Shown here piece after piece: positions 49,901 through 58,700 of a stretch of DNA of 64,000 bases. Under the pieces are notes generated by a model. The model was not told the DNA's origin, did not search any database, and was given only the letters and a program-made list of their open reading frames with translations. Origin of the DNA: Planctomycetia bacterium (GTDB lineage Bacteria; Planctomycetota; Planctomycetia; Pirellulales; UBA1268). How positions within the stretch are numbered: position 1 is the stretch's first letter; each line of letters begins with the position of its first letter. Made by a program: the position numbers and the translations under genes. The DNA is taken from positions 15,114 through 79,113 of the forward strand of contig JAPLNR010000051.1 in NCBI GenBank assembly GCA_026401035.1, read 5' to 3'.

Positions 49901-50057
49901 CTCACGGCAGCCGAAGCCGACCGAGTTGGCGCGATTTACGAGCCTTCTGACCGCCCGCGAGCAGGCGGCCGGCAGCGATCAGAAAAAGCGCGACCTCGCG
50001 TTGGCCGATGTCTGCCACCTGATGTTCTGCCTCAACGAATTCGTCTACGTCGACTAG
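46953..50057 (+). CDS. PSCyt1 + PSCyt2 (DUF1549) + F5/8-type-C (discoidin)-like + PSD1 (DUF1553) protein
   Basis: Trimmed to the ATG at 46953, preceded by an AAGGTGA RBS. CYECHS, WVRNDVDRFILAKQEAAGI, CARCHDHKYDAISHRDYYAMIACL, AVDGNTNTGWSVDG, NRLWHHHFGRGI...APTHPELLEWLA. Confidence 0.9.
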   Translation: MSAMPCSARLANNCVRLLLGLVGGGIVAATPAWADLPPEQLAFFESKIRPVLLQHCYECHSAEALKGGRLKAELLLDSRAGMAKGGESGPAVVAGKKEESLLLAALKYDGYEMPPSGKLPDEVIGDFEKWIEMGAPDPRDEPLADAGPREIDVAAGRNHWSYRRLAAVSPPAVANMAWVRNDVDRFILAKQEAAGITPNAEAGKEKLLRRVTFGLTGLPPTPGERQLFMADTSPAAYEKLVDRLLASPRYGERWGRHWLDAVRFAESGGYEFDGDRPGAHHYRDFVIRAFNDDMPYDRFLQLQIAGDLIDPASYDAISATGFFVAGPYPGQITMKTAEPIRYDQLDDMVQALGSGVLGMTIGCARCHDHKYDAISHRDYYAMIACLGNTVHTTVALDPNPEATKLARAEWEAMRAPVVAVLDRFRTGEFPARLEKWLASDIAAQAPAPWLLLDPDTLTAARATLTADAEDVVVASGKLEPNDTYTLSFSTQQKQLTGLRLEAFASAAAPGGGPGVGQDGSFQLSELKVTADPLMPAAGRKQVKVKLQPGVATFEENGFELAKAVDGNTNTGWSVDGQLGKDHAATFAFENPVGFEGGTKIKVELTFQANQHGLARFRLAATSGMPAAMVDGSAVPQAAREIVSIVEAVRAAGKPLVDDAAVSREAMRWFRKFDTDTDRVLATLDAVDTRQPKPALLSIYGTGKGGSDVYLLKRGEVARKGDKAAAGFVRSTLAADAAEQELFVGTDNKPVAHPRLALAEYITNVNGGAGPLAARVIVNRLWHHHFGRGITATPNDLGTQGEAPTHPELLEWLAGRLVEGNWGLKQIHRLIVTSAVYRQAGTIPESHRVKDPDNLLLWHRRPIRLEGESIRDALLMAAGTLDTKMYGPGTLDVSSPRRSVYLTVKRSQPVPFLQVFDQPEPVLSVGSRGTATVPTQSLAMMNSPFVRTAAEGLAKRARDTIGIGSSPTGIAGDALIDYCFTVVLSRQPKPTELARFTSLLTAREQAAGSDQKKRDLALADVCHLMFCLNEFVYVD

Positions 50058-50077
50058 GACCCTGTTGGAGAAACGTC

Positions 50078-51523
50078 ATGCTCGGATCGAATCTCGGTGA
50101 GCTTCTCCTGCCGGCCCGGCGCCGGTTCCTGCGGGATGCGGGCCTCGGATTCGGCTCGCTCGCCCTGGCCTCGCTTCTCGGCGACGCAGGCCATGCCGCG
50201 ACGAGCGCCGGATCATCGCCGCTCACGCTGCCGCACCATGCGCCGAAGGCGAAGCGGGTGATCTGGCTCTTCATGACGGGCGCCCCGTCGCAGATCGACA
50301 CCTGGGACTACAAGCCCGAATTGCAGGCGCGGGCCGGCCAGCCGCTGCCCGACGCCGATAAGAAGCTGGGGTTTTTCGAGACCAGCGGCACGTGTCTTGC
50401 GAGCCCCTTCAAGTGGGCCCAGCACGGCTCCTCGGGCACCTGGGTGAGCGACCTTTTCCCACACCTCGCGCAGCACGTCGACGACATGTGCTTCATTCAC
50501 TCGATGCACCTGAAGGCCAACAACCACGCCCCGGCGGCGATGGAGCTGATGTGCGGCCTCAACCGCCCCGGCATGCCGAGCATGGGGGCCTGGCTTGATT
50601 ACGGACTGGGATCGGCGAACGAAAATCTGCCGGCCTTCGTCGTGATGCACGAGCGGAAGCCGCGAGGCGACGACCAGATCTGGTCGGCCGGCTTTCTGCC
50701 CAAGAGTCACCAGGCGTTGGCGATCGACGCCCGGCGCAAGGAGGCGATCGACAATCTCGCCCGCCGCGCGGGGCAGTCCGATGCCGCCCAACGGGCCGAA
50801 CTCGACCTGCTCCATGCGCTCAACGCCGAGCACGCGGCCGAGCGGCCCAGCCAGGCCGACCTCCAGGCCCGGCTCGCGAGCTTCGAATTGGCCTACCGCA
50901 TGCAGTCGGCGGCTCCTGAGGCGATCGATCTCACACAGGAGTCGAAGCTCACGCACGAGCTTTACGGCACGAGCGATCCGAAGTGCCAGGTCTTCGCGAA
51001 GCAGTGCCTGACGGCCCGCCGGCTGCTCGAGCGGGGCGTGCGGTTCATCCAGATCTTCGCCGGCAAGAACGCGGGCGGCGACGGTGCGGTCGACGACGTG
51101 CCTTGGGATGGCCACGTCAACATCGAAACCAACCACCGGTCCTGCGGCTTGTCCACCGACCGGCCGGCAGCCGCGCTCCTGGCCGATCTGAAGGCCCGCG
51201 GCATGCTCAACGACACGCTCGTCATCTGGGGTGGTGAGTTTGGCCGCACGAGTGACTCGCAGGGGAGCAAGGGCCGCGACCACAATCCGCAGGGCTTCAC
51301 GATCTGGATGGCCGGCGGCGGCGCGAAGCCGGGCTTCCATTACGGTGCAACCGATCCCTTCGGCTACAAGGCGATCGAAAACAAAGTGCACGTCAACGAC
51401 CTGCACGCGACCATGCTCCACCTGCTGGGCATCGACCATGAAAAGCTCACCTACCGCCACAACGGCCGCGCCTACCGGCTGACCGATGTCGGCGGCCGCG
51501 TGATCCACGACGTCATCGCGTAA
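50078..51523 (+). CDS. DUF1501 protein with a Tat signal (second copy)
   Basis: Trimmed to the ATG at 50078, preceded by a GGAG RBS. ARRRFLRDAG, WLFMTGAPSQIDTWDYKP, GRDHNPQGFTIWMAGGG. Confidence 0.9.
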   Translation: MLGSNLGELLLPARRRFLRDAGLGFGSLALASLLGDAGHAATSAGSSPLTLPHHAPKAKRVIWLFMTGAPSQIDTWDYKPELQARAGQPLPDADKKLGFFETSGTCLASPFKWAQHGSSGTWVSDLFPHLAQHVDDMCFIHSMHLKANNHAPAAMELMCGLNRPGMPSMGAWLDYGLGSANENLPAFVVMHERKPRGDDQIWSAGFLPKSHQALAIDARRKEAIDNLARRAGQSDAAQRAELDLLHALNAEHAAERPSQADLQARLASFELAYRMQSAAPEAIDLTQESKLTHELYGTSDPKCQVFAKQCLTARRLLERGVRFIQIFAGKNAGGDGAVDDVPWDGHVNIETNHRSCGLSTDRPAAALLADLKARGMLNDTLVIWGGEFGRTSDSQGSKGRDHNPQGFTIWMAGGGAKPGFHYGATDPFGYKAIENKVHVNDLHATMLHLLGIDHEKLTYRHNGRAYRLTDVGGRVIHDVIA

Positions 51524-51595
51524 CTGCCGGAATCCTCATTGTTCCGGAATGACAGAGACATCCCTCGGCTCTGGCCGAGGTGCCGGCGGACGCGG

Positions 51596-52855
51596 CTATC
51601 GGCTCACGGCGACCCCCGGCCGGGCCTGTGAAAACTTCTCCAGCCCGCCGTCCGACACCTCCGTGAAGTCTACGGCAAGCGACTCGAGTGCGGGCAGCAC
51701 GGCGAGCCGGTCGAGCGCCGCGTCGGTCACTTTCGTGCCGGTCAATGTGAGCACCTTCAGTTTCGGCAGAGCGGCGAGATGGGTGATCCCGGCGTCGGTC
51801 ACATTCGTGTTTTGCAGGCTGAGCTTCGCGAGCGACACGAGTCTGCCCACGAACGGCAGGCCGGCATCGGTGACCTTCGTGTCCCACAGGTCGAGTTCCG
51901 TGAGCTTCGCCAGCCCGGCGAGATGGGCCACGCCCGCGTCGCCGACGCCGGTCTCGGCCAGGTCGAGGAGCACGAGATTCGGCAGCCGGCCCACGTGCGC
52001 GAGGCCGGCATCACCCACGAGCGAGCCCCGCAGTTCGAGCCGCTTGAGCTTGGTGAGGCCGCCCAGATGAGCAAGCCCCTCGTCGCCGACGAACGTCCGC
52101 ATCACGTTGATCTCGTCGATGTCAGTTTTGGTCGCGAAGGGAGTGAGCCCCGCATCGGTAATCTGGCCGTCTTCGACGGCGAAGCCACGGAGCTTCGGCA
52201 GTGCGGCCAGGTGGGCCAGCCCCATGTCCGTCACGCTCGGGCAGCGGAGCTTCACCCGCTCCAGGCTGCGGAGCTTCGCCACGTGTTCCAGGCCCACGTC
52301 GGTCACGGCCGCGCAGCCGCGGAGGTCGAGCACCCGCAATTTCTCCAGCGGCACGAGATGGGCCAGGCCCGCGTCCGTAAAGTTGTTGTAGAGCAGCACG
52401 AGCTGCTCGAGCCCGGTCAGTCGCGCCACCGACTCGAGCGCCGCATCGCCGAGATTCGACGACCGCCGCAGATTGAGCACCCTGAGCTTCGTGAGCGCGG
52501 CGAGCTTTTCCGCTCCGGCGTCGGTCAGGTCGGTATTTTCGAGCACCAGTTGCTCGAGATTCTTCATGCGGCCGATCGCAGCGATGCCCCGGTCGGTGAT
52601 CTCGGCCCCCCAGACCTCGAGTTTGCTCAGATGCTCGAGGCCCGCGAGCACCTCGAGATCGGCGTCGGTAGCCGGCCGCTCGGCGAGATCGACTGCCACC
52701 ACGTGGCCGGCCGCGTCGACGTCGACCGTGCCGCCGCGGGCCTGCACGAGCCCCACGGCCGCCGTCTCGCGTGGCGTCGGCGTCACCGCCACGGCCGCTC
52801 CGGTGAGTACCAGCGTTGCGACCACCGCCCGAACCACATCCATCCACAGCTTCAT
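51596..52855 (-). CDS. Secreted leucine-rich-repeat (RNI-like) protein
   Basis: 419 aa with a signal peptide. About 14 consecutive 24-aa units of the form L..L..L..L.L....vTDaGla. Confidence 0.85.
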   Translation of the reverse strand: MKLWMDVVRAVVATLVLTGAAVAVTPTPRETAAVGLVQARGGTVDVDAAGHVVAVDLAERPATDADLEVLAGLEHLSKLEVWGAEITDRGIAAIGRMKNLEQLVLENTDLTDAGAEKLAALTKLRVLNLRRSSNLGDAALESVARLTGLEQLVLLYNNFTDAGLAHLVPLEKLRVLDLRGCAAVTDVGLEHVAKLRSLERVKLRCPSVTDMGLAHLAALPKLRGFAVEDGQITDAGLTPFATKTDIDEINVMRTFVGDEGLAHLGGLTKLKRLELRGSLVGDAGLAHVGRLPNLVLLDLAETGVGDAGVAHLAGLAKLTELDLWDTKVTDAGLPFVGRLVSLAKLSLQNTNVTDAGITHLAALPKLKVLTLTGTKVTDAALDRLAVLPALESLAVDFTEVSDGGLEKFSQARPGVAVSR

Positions 52856-52927
52856 TCGTCAGCTCCTCAAGGGGTCGATATGACCAGTGCGTTCAGGGAA
52901 AAACCGTTCACGATCGGTCGTTAGTCT

Positions 52928-54136
52928 TCAGGGCAGTTCCCGGATTCGCATGGTGCGATACGACACTGGCCTACCCTCGTCCTGAAATCCGATCAGGCCC
53001 TCCGGGGGGCGGTTCTTCACGGCCGAGGTCGCAAGGTCGAGGTCGATGATCGCCTCGCCGTTGAGCTCGACCTCCAGGTGCGGACCAACGCACGTGATCA
53101 CGTAGCGGTTCCACTCGCCGGCCGGCTTTACCATGTTCTTCGACGGCGCGGCGGTGTTGACGATGCCGCCGCAGTCGTGGTGGCCGACCGACTTCTTGCC
53201 GAACGTGTCGAGAATCTGCACCTCGAACCCCGAGTCGACATGGTTGTTCGGGTTGCCGACCCGGAGGAACACGCCCGAGTTGCCTCCTCTGGTGTACTGA
53301 AACTCGAGGTCGAGGATGAAGTTCTTGTAGGGCTTCGTGGTCGTGAGGTAATCGCCGTAGCGTCGCCAGCCCGATTCGCCCGGCCGCGGCTTGAGCGTCA
53401 CTCCGGAGGGCCCCTCGGGGATCCAGTTGCCCGTGGTCTGCCAGCCGGTGAGATCCTTCCCGTTGAGCAGCGGCACGAAGCCCTCGTCGCCAGGAATCTC
53501 CAGGATCTCGAGGTTCCGGAAATGCACCTCCATGTCTTGGCCGCCGTGGAGCTGTAGGGCGATCGGCCCCTCGCGGCGACCGCCGTCGTTGACGAGCTCG
53601 ACGGTCTGGCTGCCGTTGAGGAGCACCGTCACATCGGGGCCGATCGCGCGGATGACCATCGAGTTCCAGTCGCCCCGTTTGGCAATGGCCTCGGTCTTCG
53701 CATGGTCGGGCCGTTGGACCCAGCCGCGGCCCCCGGTTTCGTAGAGCCCGCCGACATCCGGTGAGTTGTCGACCTCTGCCTGGAGGCCGCCAACGCCCGC
53801 GGTGCTTCCCCGCTCCTCGCAGCGGAAGTACAGGCCGCTGTTGCCGCGGACGACCTTGAATTCCGCCCGCAGAATGAAGTTCTTGTATTTGCGATCCGTG
53901 ACGAGCAGGCCGTGCTTGGGCTCCGAGGCCGGGCTCGTGCCCACGATCGCCCCGTCTCTCACCTCCCAGGTGCCGCCCGGGAGCGTGTGCCAGCCGGCGA
54001 TGTCGTGTCCGTTGAAAAGTGGTACGAAGGCCGGCTCCGTCGGTTCGCCGGCCTGAAGGCCAGCGGTGTGGAGTAGGGCGCACAGAACGAGATAACCCGC
54101 GAGGAAAAAGGCGGGCATCGGGGACGGGAAACGCAT
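52928..54136 (-). CDS. Secreted protein with two tandem DUF1080 (3-keto-disaccharide hydrolase family) domains
   Basis: FVPLFNGHDIAGWH...YKNFILRAEFKVVRGNSGLYFR...LQLHGGQDMEVHFRNLEI, then FVPLLNGKDLTGWQ...YKNFILDLEFQYTRGGNSGVFLR...YRTMRIREL. Start at 54136 or 54118. Confidence 0.8.
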   Translation of the reverse strand: MRFPSPMPAFFLAGYLVLCALLHTAGLQAGEPTEPAFVPLFNGHDIAGWHTLPGGTWEVRDGAIVGTSPASEPKHGLLVTDRKYKNFILRAEFKVVRGNSGLYFRCEERGSTAGVGGLQAEVDNSPDVGGLYETGGRGWVQRPDHAKTEAIAKRGDWNSMVIRAIGPDVTVLLNGSQTVELVNDGGRREGPIALQLHGGQDMEVHFRNLEILEIPGDEGFVPLLNGKDLTGWQTTGNWIPEGPSGVTLKPRPGESGWRRYGDYLTTTKPYKNFILDLEFQYTRGGNSGVFLRVGNPNNHVDSGFEVQILDTFGKKSVGHHDCGGIVNTAAPSKNMVKPAGEWNRYVITCVGPHLEVELNGEAIIDLDLATSAVKNRPPEGLIGFQDEGRPVSYRTMRIRELP

Positions 54137-54342
54137 GGGGCGGGTCCGGAGGACGGAAGAGGATGAATGGTACCTTGATGCAATCACGGCTCATCGGAGC
54201 ATGATGCCCGACGCCTGGCTGGTTGTCGATGTGTCTCTTGTCGTCATTCCTGCCGACGGGCTCACCAGTTTTGCCGACATGAATCAGCGGGTCGGCATGT
54301 AATCCTTGAGGATGCATTTCTTCACTGCCAGAGAGAAACACC

Positions 54343-55773
54343 ATGAGTCGTGCTGCCTGGTCCCGCCGCAGGTTCCTCCACACCGCCACAGTGCTCGGCG
54401 GCGGCGCGGCCTTCTCTTCGCGGCCCCTGCGGGCGCGGGCGGCATCGCCAAACGACCGGCTCTCGATCGCATGCATCGGCATGGGCGGCCACATGCGTGG
54501 CTATCTCCTGCCGGAGCTCGCCAAGATCGACCAGCAGATCGTCGCCATCTGCGACGTCGACCAGAGGCAGTTGGACACAGCGCTCGCGACCGATCAGCTC
54601 CGTGATGCAAAACCCTATCGCGACTATCGGGACCTTCTCGACAAAGAAAAAGACGTCGACGCGGTGGTCGTGGCGACACCGGACCATTGGCACGTGCCGG
54701 TCAGCCGGGCGGTGCTCGAAAGCGGCCGGCACGTCTACTGCGAGAAACCGCTCGCCCATTCGGTGGCGGAATCCCGCCTGATCGTTGACCTCGCCCGGCG
54801 CCATCCGAATCTCGCCACCCAGACGGGCAACCAGGGCTGCTCCACCGAGGGCTTCAGGCGCAGCGTCGAGGTGATCCGGTCGGGGCTGCTCGGCCCCGTG
54901 AGCGAGGTGCATGTCTGGCATCCGCCGCACGGGTGGCCGAACGCAGTCGACCGGCCGGCGGGGAGTGATCCCGTTCCGGAAGGTTTCGACTGGGAGTTCT
55001 GGCTCGGCGGGGCACCGGCGCGGCCATTCAAGGAGGGGCTCTACCATCCCGGACGCTGGCGGGGCTGGTATGACTTCGGCGGCGGATCGCTCGCTGATTT
55101 CTGCTGTCATGGTTTTCAGTTGGCGTATCGGGCGCTCGATCTCGATGCACCGACACGGATCGAGGCGACGGGAGACGGTCTCGGGCACGAGACATTTCCA
55201 AAGCGGTGCACGATCTCGTTCGATTTCGCGGCCAAGGGCGGTCGCGGGCCGGTGCGGCTTTTCTTCTACACCGGCGAAAAGAACCTGCCGCCGGAAAGCG
55301 TCACGAAGGGACCGGTGAGCGGAACGGGCTGCCTGATCGTGGGCAGCGAGGGGACGCTCTCGGCGGGGCTGTGGAATACCGACTGCAACGTCCGGCTTGC
55401 GGACGCGAAGGGATTCCAGGGGGCCAACCAGCCGGACGTCGCGAAAATCCCGAAGAGTGAGCCGCGGATCGATACGGCGGGCCTGCAGTGGGATCCGAAA
55501 AAGGCGGCCCAGGGCGAACGGCCGCGATGGAGCCGGGTCAACAATTCGCATATGTTCGAATGGGTGCGGGCGTGCGCGGGAGAGGGGAAGACCTACTCCC
55601 CGTTCGAGATCGGCGGCCGCATCACGGAGGTGGGGATGCTGGGCATCCTCGCCCTGCGGATGCAGAAGCCGATCACGTGGGACGCTGCGAACCGCCGGGC
55701 CGTCGGAATGCCCGAGGCGGATGCGATCATCGATCCCAAGCCCGCGACCGACAAATATTTTCGGCACACTTGA
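54343..55773 (+). CDS. Gfo/Idh/MocA-family oxidoreductase with a Tat signal
   Basis: 476 aa. SRRRFLHTATVLGGGAAF, Rossmann motif IACIGMGGH, ATPDHWH, VYCEKPL. Confidence 0.85.
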   Translation: MSRAAWSRRRFLHTATVLGGGAAFSSRPLRARAASPNDRLSIACIGMGGHMRGYLLPELAKIDQQIVAICDVDQRQLDTALATDQLRDAKPYRDYRDLLDKEKDVDAVVVATPDHWHVPVSRAVLESGRHVYCEKPLAHSVAESRLIVDLARRHPNLATQTGNQGCSTEGFRRSVEVIRSGLLGPVSEVHVWHPPHGWPNAVDRPAGSDPVPEGFDWEFWLGGAPARPFKEGLYHPGRWRGWYDFGGGSLADFCCHGFQLAYRALDLDAPTRIEATGDGLGHETFPKRCTISFDFAAKGGRGPVRLFFYTGEKNLPPESVTKGPVSGTGCLIVGSEGTLSAGLWNTDCNVRLADAKGFQGANQPDVAKIPKSEPRIDTAGLQWDPKKAAQGERPRWSRVNNSHMFEWVRACAGEGKTYSPFEIGGRITEVGMLGILALRMQKPITWDAANRRAVGMPEADAIIDPKPATDKYFRHT

Positions 55774-55795
55774 ATCACGGAAGGAAAAGTCGTTC

Positions 55796-58700
55796 ATGGG
55801 ATCGTGCTCCACAATGTGTCTGGCGGGAAGATGTCTGGCCGGAAGAATTCTGGTTGGCCTGTTCGTGGCCCACGTTCTGACTGCGGCAGGGCGGCTCCAG
55901 GCGCAGACGGCTCCACAGCTGCCGCCGGCTGTCGTGCAGAAGCAGCCCAACCCGGGTCCGAATGGCGAGCGGCCGTGGGAAGAGATTCCCGAGACCGAAG
56001 TCGAGAAGATCCGGGCGGCCCTGCCCGAGAAGGCCGAGACCTCGCCGAAGCAGCCCCGCAAACTGCTCGTCTTCTACCGGGCCGACGGCTATCCCCATGC
56101 GTCGATCCCGCATTGGAACAAGCTCATCCAACTGCTCGGCGAGAAGACCGGCGCCTACGAGGCCACGTTCTCGCAGAACTACGCCGATCTCATGCCGGGG
56201 AAGATCGAGCAGTACGATGCGCTCTTCTTCAACAACACCTGTCGGATGGTTACGCCCCCCGAGGTGAAGACGGCGATCCAGGCCTTTGTGAAAGGGGGCA
56301 AGGGGTTCGCAGGCAACCATGGCGCCGGCGACAACTGGCACGACTGGGCCGAGGGGCTGGAAATGGTCGGTGCCGAGTTCGCACGGCACCCGTTCGGCAG
56401 CATCGTGCTGAAGGTCGACGATCCCGCAAGCCCGCTCACGGCGATGTTCGGCGGCCAGTCGTTTCCGTACTCCGACGAGATCTACACGTTCCGCAGCCCC
56501 TATGCCCGTGACAAGCTGCGGGTGTTGTTGAGCATCGACTACGACAAGTCGCCCGACGTCGTGAAGGGCGAGCAGCGAGCCCGCGAGCGGGGCGGCCAAG
56601 ACGCGGGGTCGATGCGGGCCGATCACGACTATGCGCTGGCCTGGGTGCGGCCGTGGCAGAAGGGCCGTGTTTTCTACTGCGCCCTTGGTCACCGGGCCGA
56701 GGTGACCTTCGACCCCCGCATGGCGCGATTCTTTTTGGCCGGCATCCAATACGCGCTTGGCGATCTTGCGGCCGACGACACGCCGGTGGGCGGAAAACCA
56801 TCGCCGGCCGAGCCGCCAAAGCAGCCCGAGATCTTCGGCGACCTCACCTTCGCCGACGGGCTCGACGTGCAGCCGTTCGCGGCCCCGCCGATGATCGTGG
56901 CCCCGGTCTTCGTCTCCGCGAACGCCGACGGCGTGCTCTACGTCTCGAGCGACCCGAATGGCTCGGTCGGCAACGAACGAGGCAAGGGCCGCATCCTGCG
57001 GGTCGTCGACAACGATGACGATGGCCGCGCCGACACGGTCACAGACTTCGTGACGAAGATCGACTCACCCCGTGGCATCGTCGCCGAAGGGGACACGGTC
57101 TATGTCCTCCATCCGCCACACATCAGCCGGTTCACCGACACCAACGGCGACGGCGTGGCCGACCAGAGCCAGGTGATCGCGAAGAACATCGGCTGGGATC
57201 TCTCCGCCCGCAAAGCCGACCACGGCTCCAACGGCCTCTCCCTCGGCATCGACGGATGGATTTACGCGGCGATCGGCGATTTCGGATTCACGAAGGCCGA
57301 GGGCACCGACGGCCGCACGGCCCAGCTCCGCGGCGGCGGCGTCATTCGCGTCCGTCGCGACGGCACGGGGCTCGAGGTTTATGCCCGGGGCACACGGAAC
57401 ATCCTCGAAGTGACGATGAGCCCGCTGCTCGACGGGTTTGCCCGTGACAACACCAACGACGGCGGCGGCTGGAACGTGCGGTTCCATCACATCACCGGCC
57501 TCGAGGACCACGGCTACCCGTCGGTCTTCAGGAACTTTGCCGACGAGGTGGTCGCCCCGATCGTCGACTACGGCGGCGGGTCGGGCTGCGGTGGCGCGTG
57601 GATGGGCGAGCCGGGCTGGCCCGGCCAGTGGAGCAACCAGCCGATCGAGGCCGACTGGGGCCGGCAGATCGTCTACGGCCACGCCCTTTCGCCGAAGGGG
57701 GCCACGTTCGAAGAGAAAAAACCGCCGGCCGAGTTCTGCGCGCTGAAGAAAGAGGTCACCCGCGGAAACGCCTTCCGGCCGACCGACGTCGACGTCGACG
57801 CGCAGGGACGGATGTTCCTCGTGAGCTGGCGCGACGGCGGCTTCAATGCGGGTTCGACCACGGGGTTCATCTTCCGCATCGCGCCGTATGCCCAGGTGCC
57901 GTGGCTCTTCCCCGACCGGTCGACGGTGAAGCCGGTCGACCTCGCGAAGCTGATGGCGTCTCGTGGCCATCGTGGGCGACAGGAAGCCCAGCGTCTGTTG
58001 GTCACCCGCGGCCTCGACGCTGAGGCCCGCACCGTGCTCGGCGACATCGCCCGGGGAAAATCCATCACTCCAGGCAATGAAAAAGACCTGCCGCCGCTCG
58101 AATGCCGCGTGGCCGCGATCTTCACGCTCGCGCAGGCTGATGGCGAGCAGGCCTGGCCCCTGCTCGTCGAGCTTGCCGCCGATCCGGCCGTGGCCGCCTG
58201 GGCAATCCGGGCGCTCGTCGACGATGAGCGGATCGCGGCGAAGGCCCCGATCGACCCGATCAAGGCGGGCCTCGTCTCGCCCGACGCCCGCGTGCGCCGG
58301 GAGGCGGCGGTGGCAGTCGCCCGAATCGGTAAGCCGGAGGTGGCACCGCTCGTCGCGCCGCTCCTCGGCGACGCCGATCCGCTGGTCGCCCACACTGCCC
58401 GGCAGGCGCTCGTGCGGCTGCGGGCGATCGAACCGTGTCTGGCCGTCTTCGACGATTCGGCGGCGCCGCCCAATCGGGTGGCGATGGCCGTGCAGGCGAT
58501 CGAGCGGCTGTATGAGAAACCGGTTACCGACGGACTGATCGAGCGGCTCGCGAAAACGGCCGATCCTGCTCTCCGTCGCCCGCTGCTCGCCGCGCTCTGC
58601 CGGCTCTATCACCGCGAGGGCGAGTGGAAGGGGGACGGCTGGGGCACGGTGCCCGACACCCGCGGTCCGTACTACCAGCCCGAGACGTGGAGCGAGTCGC

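Noticed and set aside
51542-51580. Hairpins between the convergent DUF1501 and LRR genes (ttccggaa palindrome and cctcggc-tctg-gccgagg), considered as a bidirectional terminator
   Set aside because: The stems are only 6-7 bp with no flanking T/A runs on either strand. This is too weak to call.
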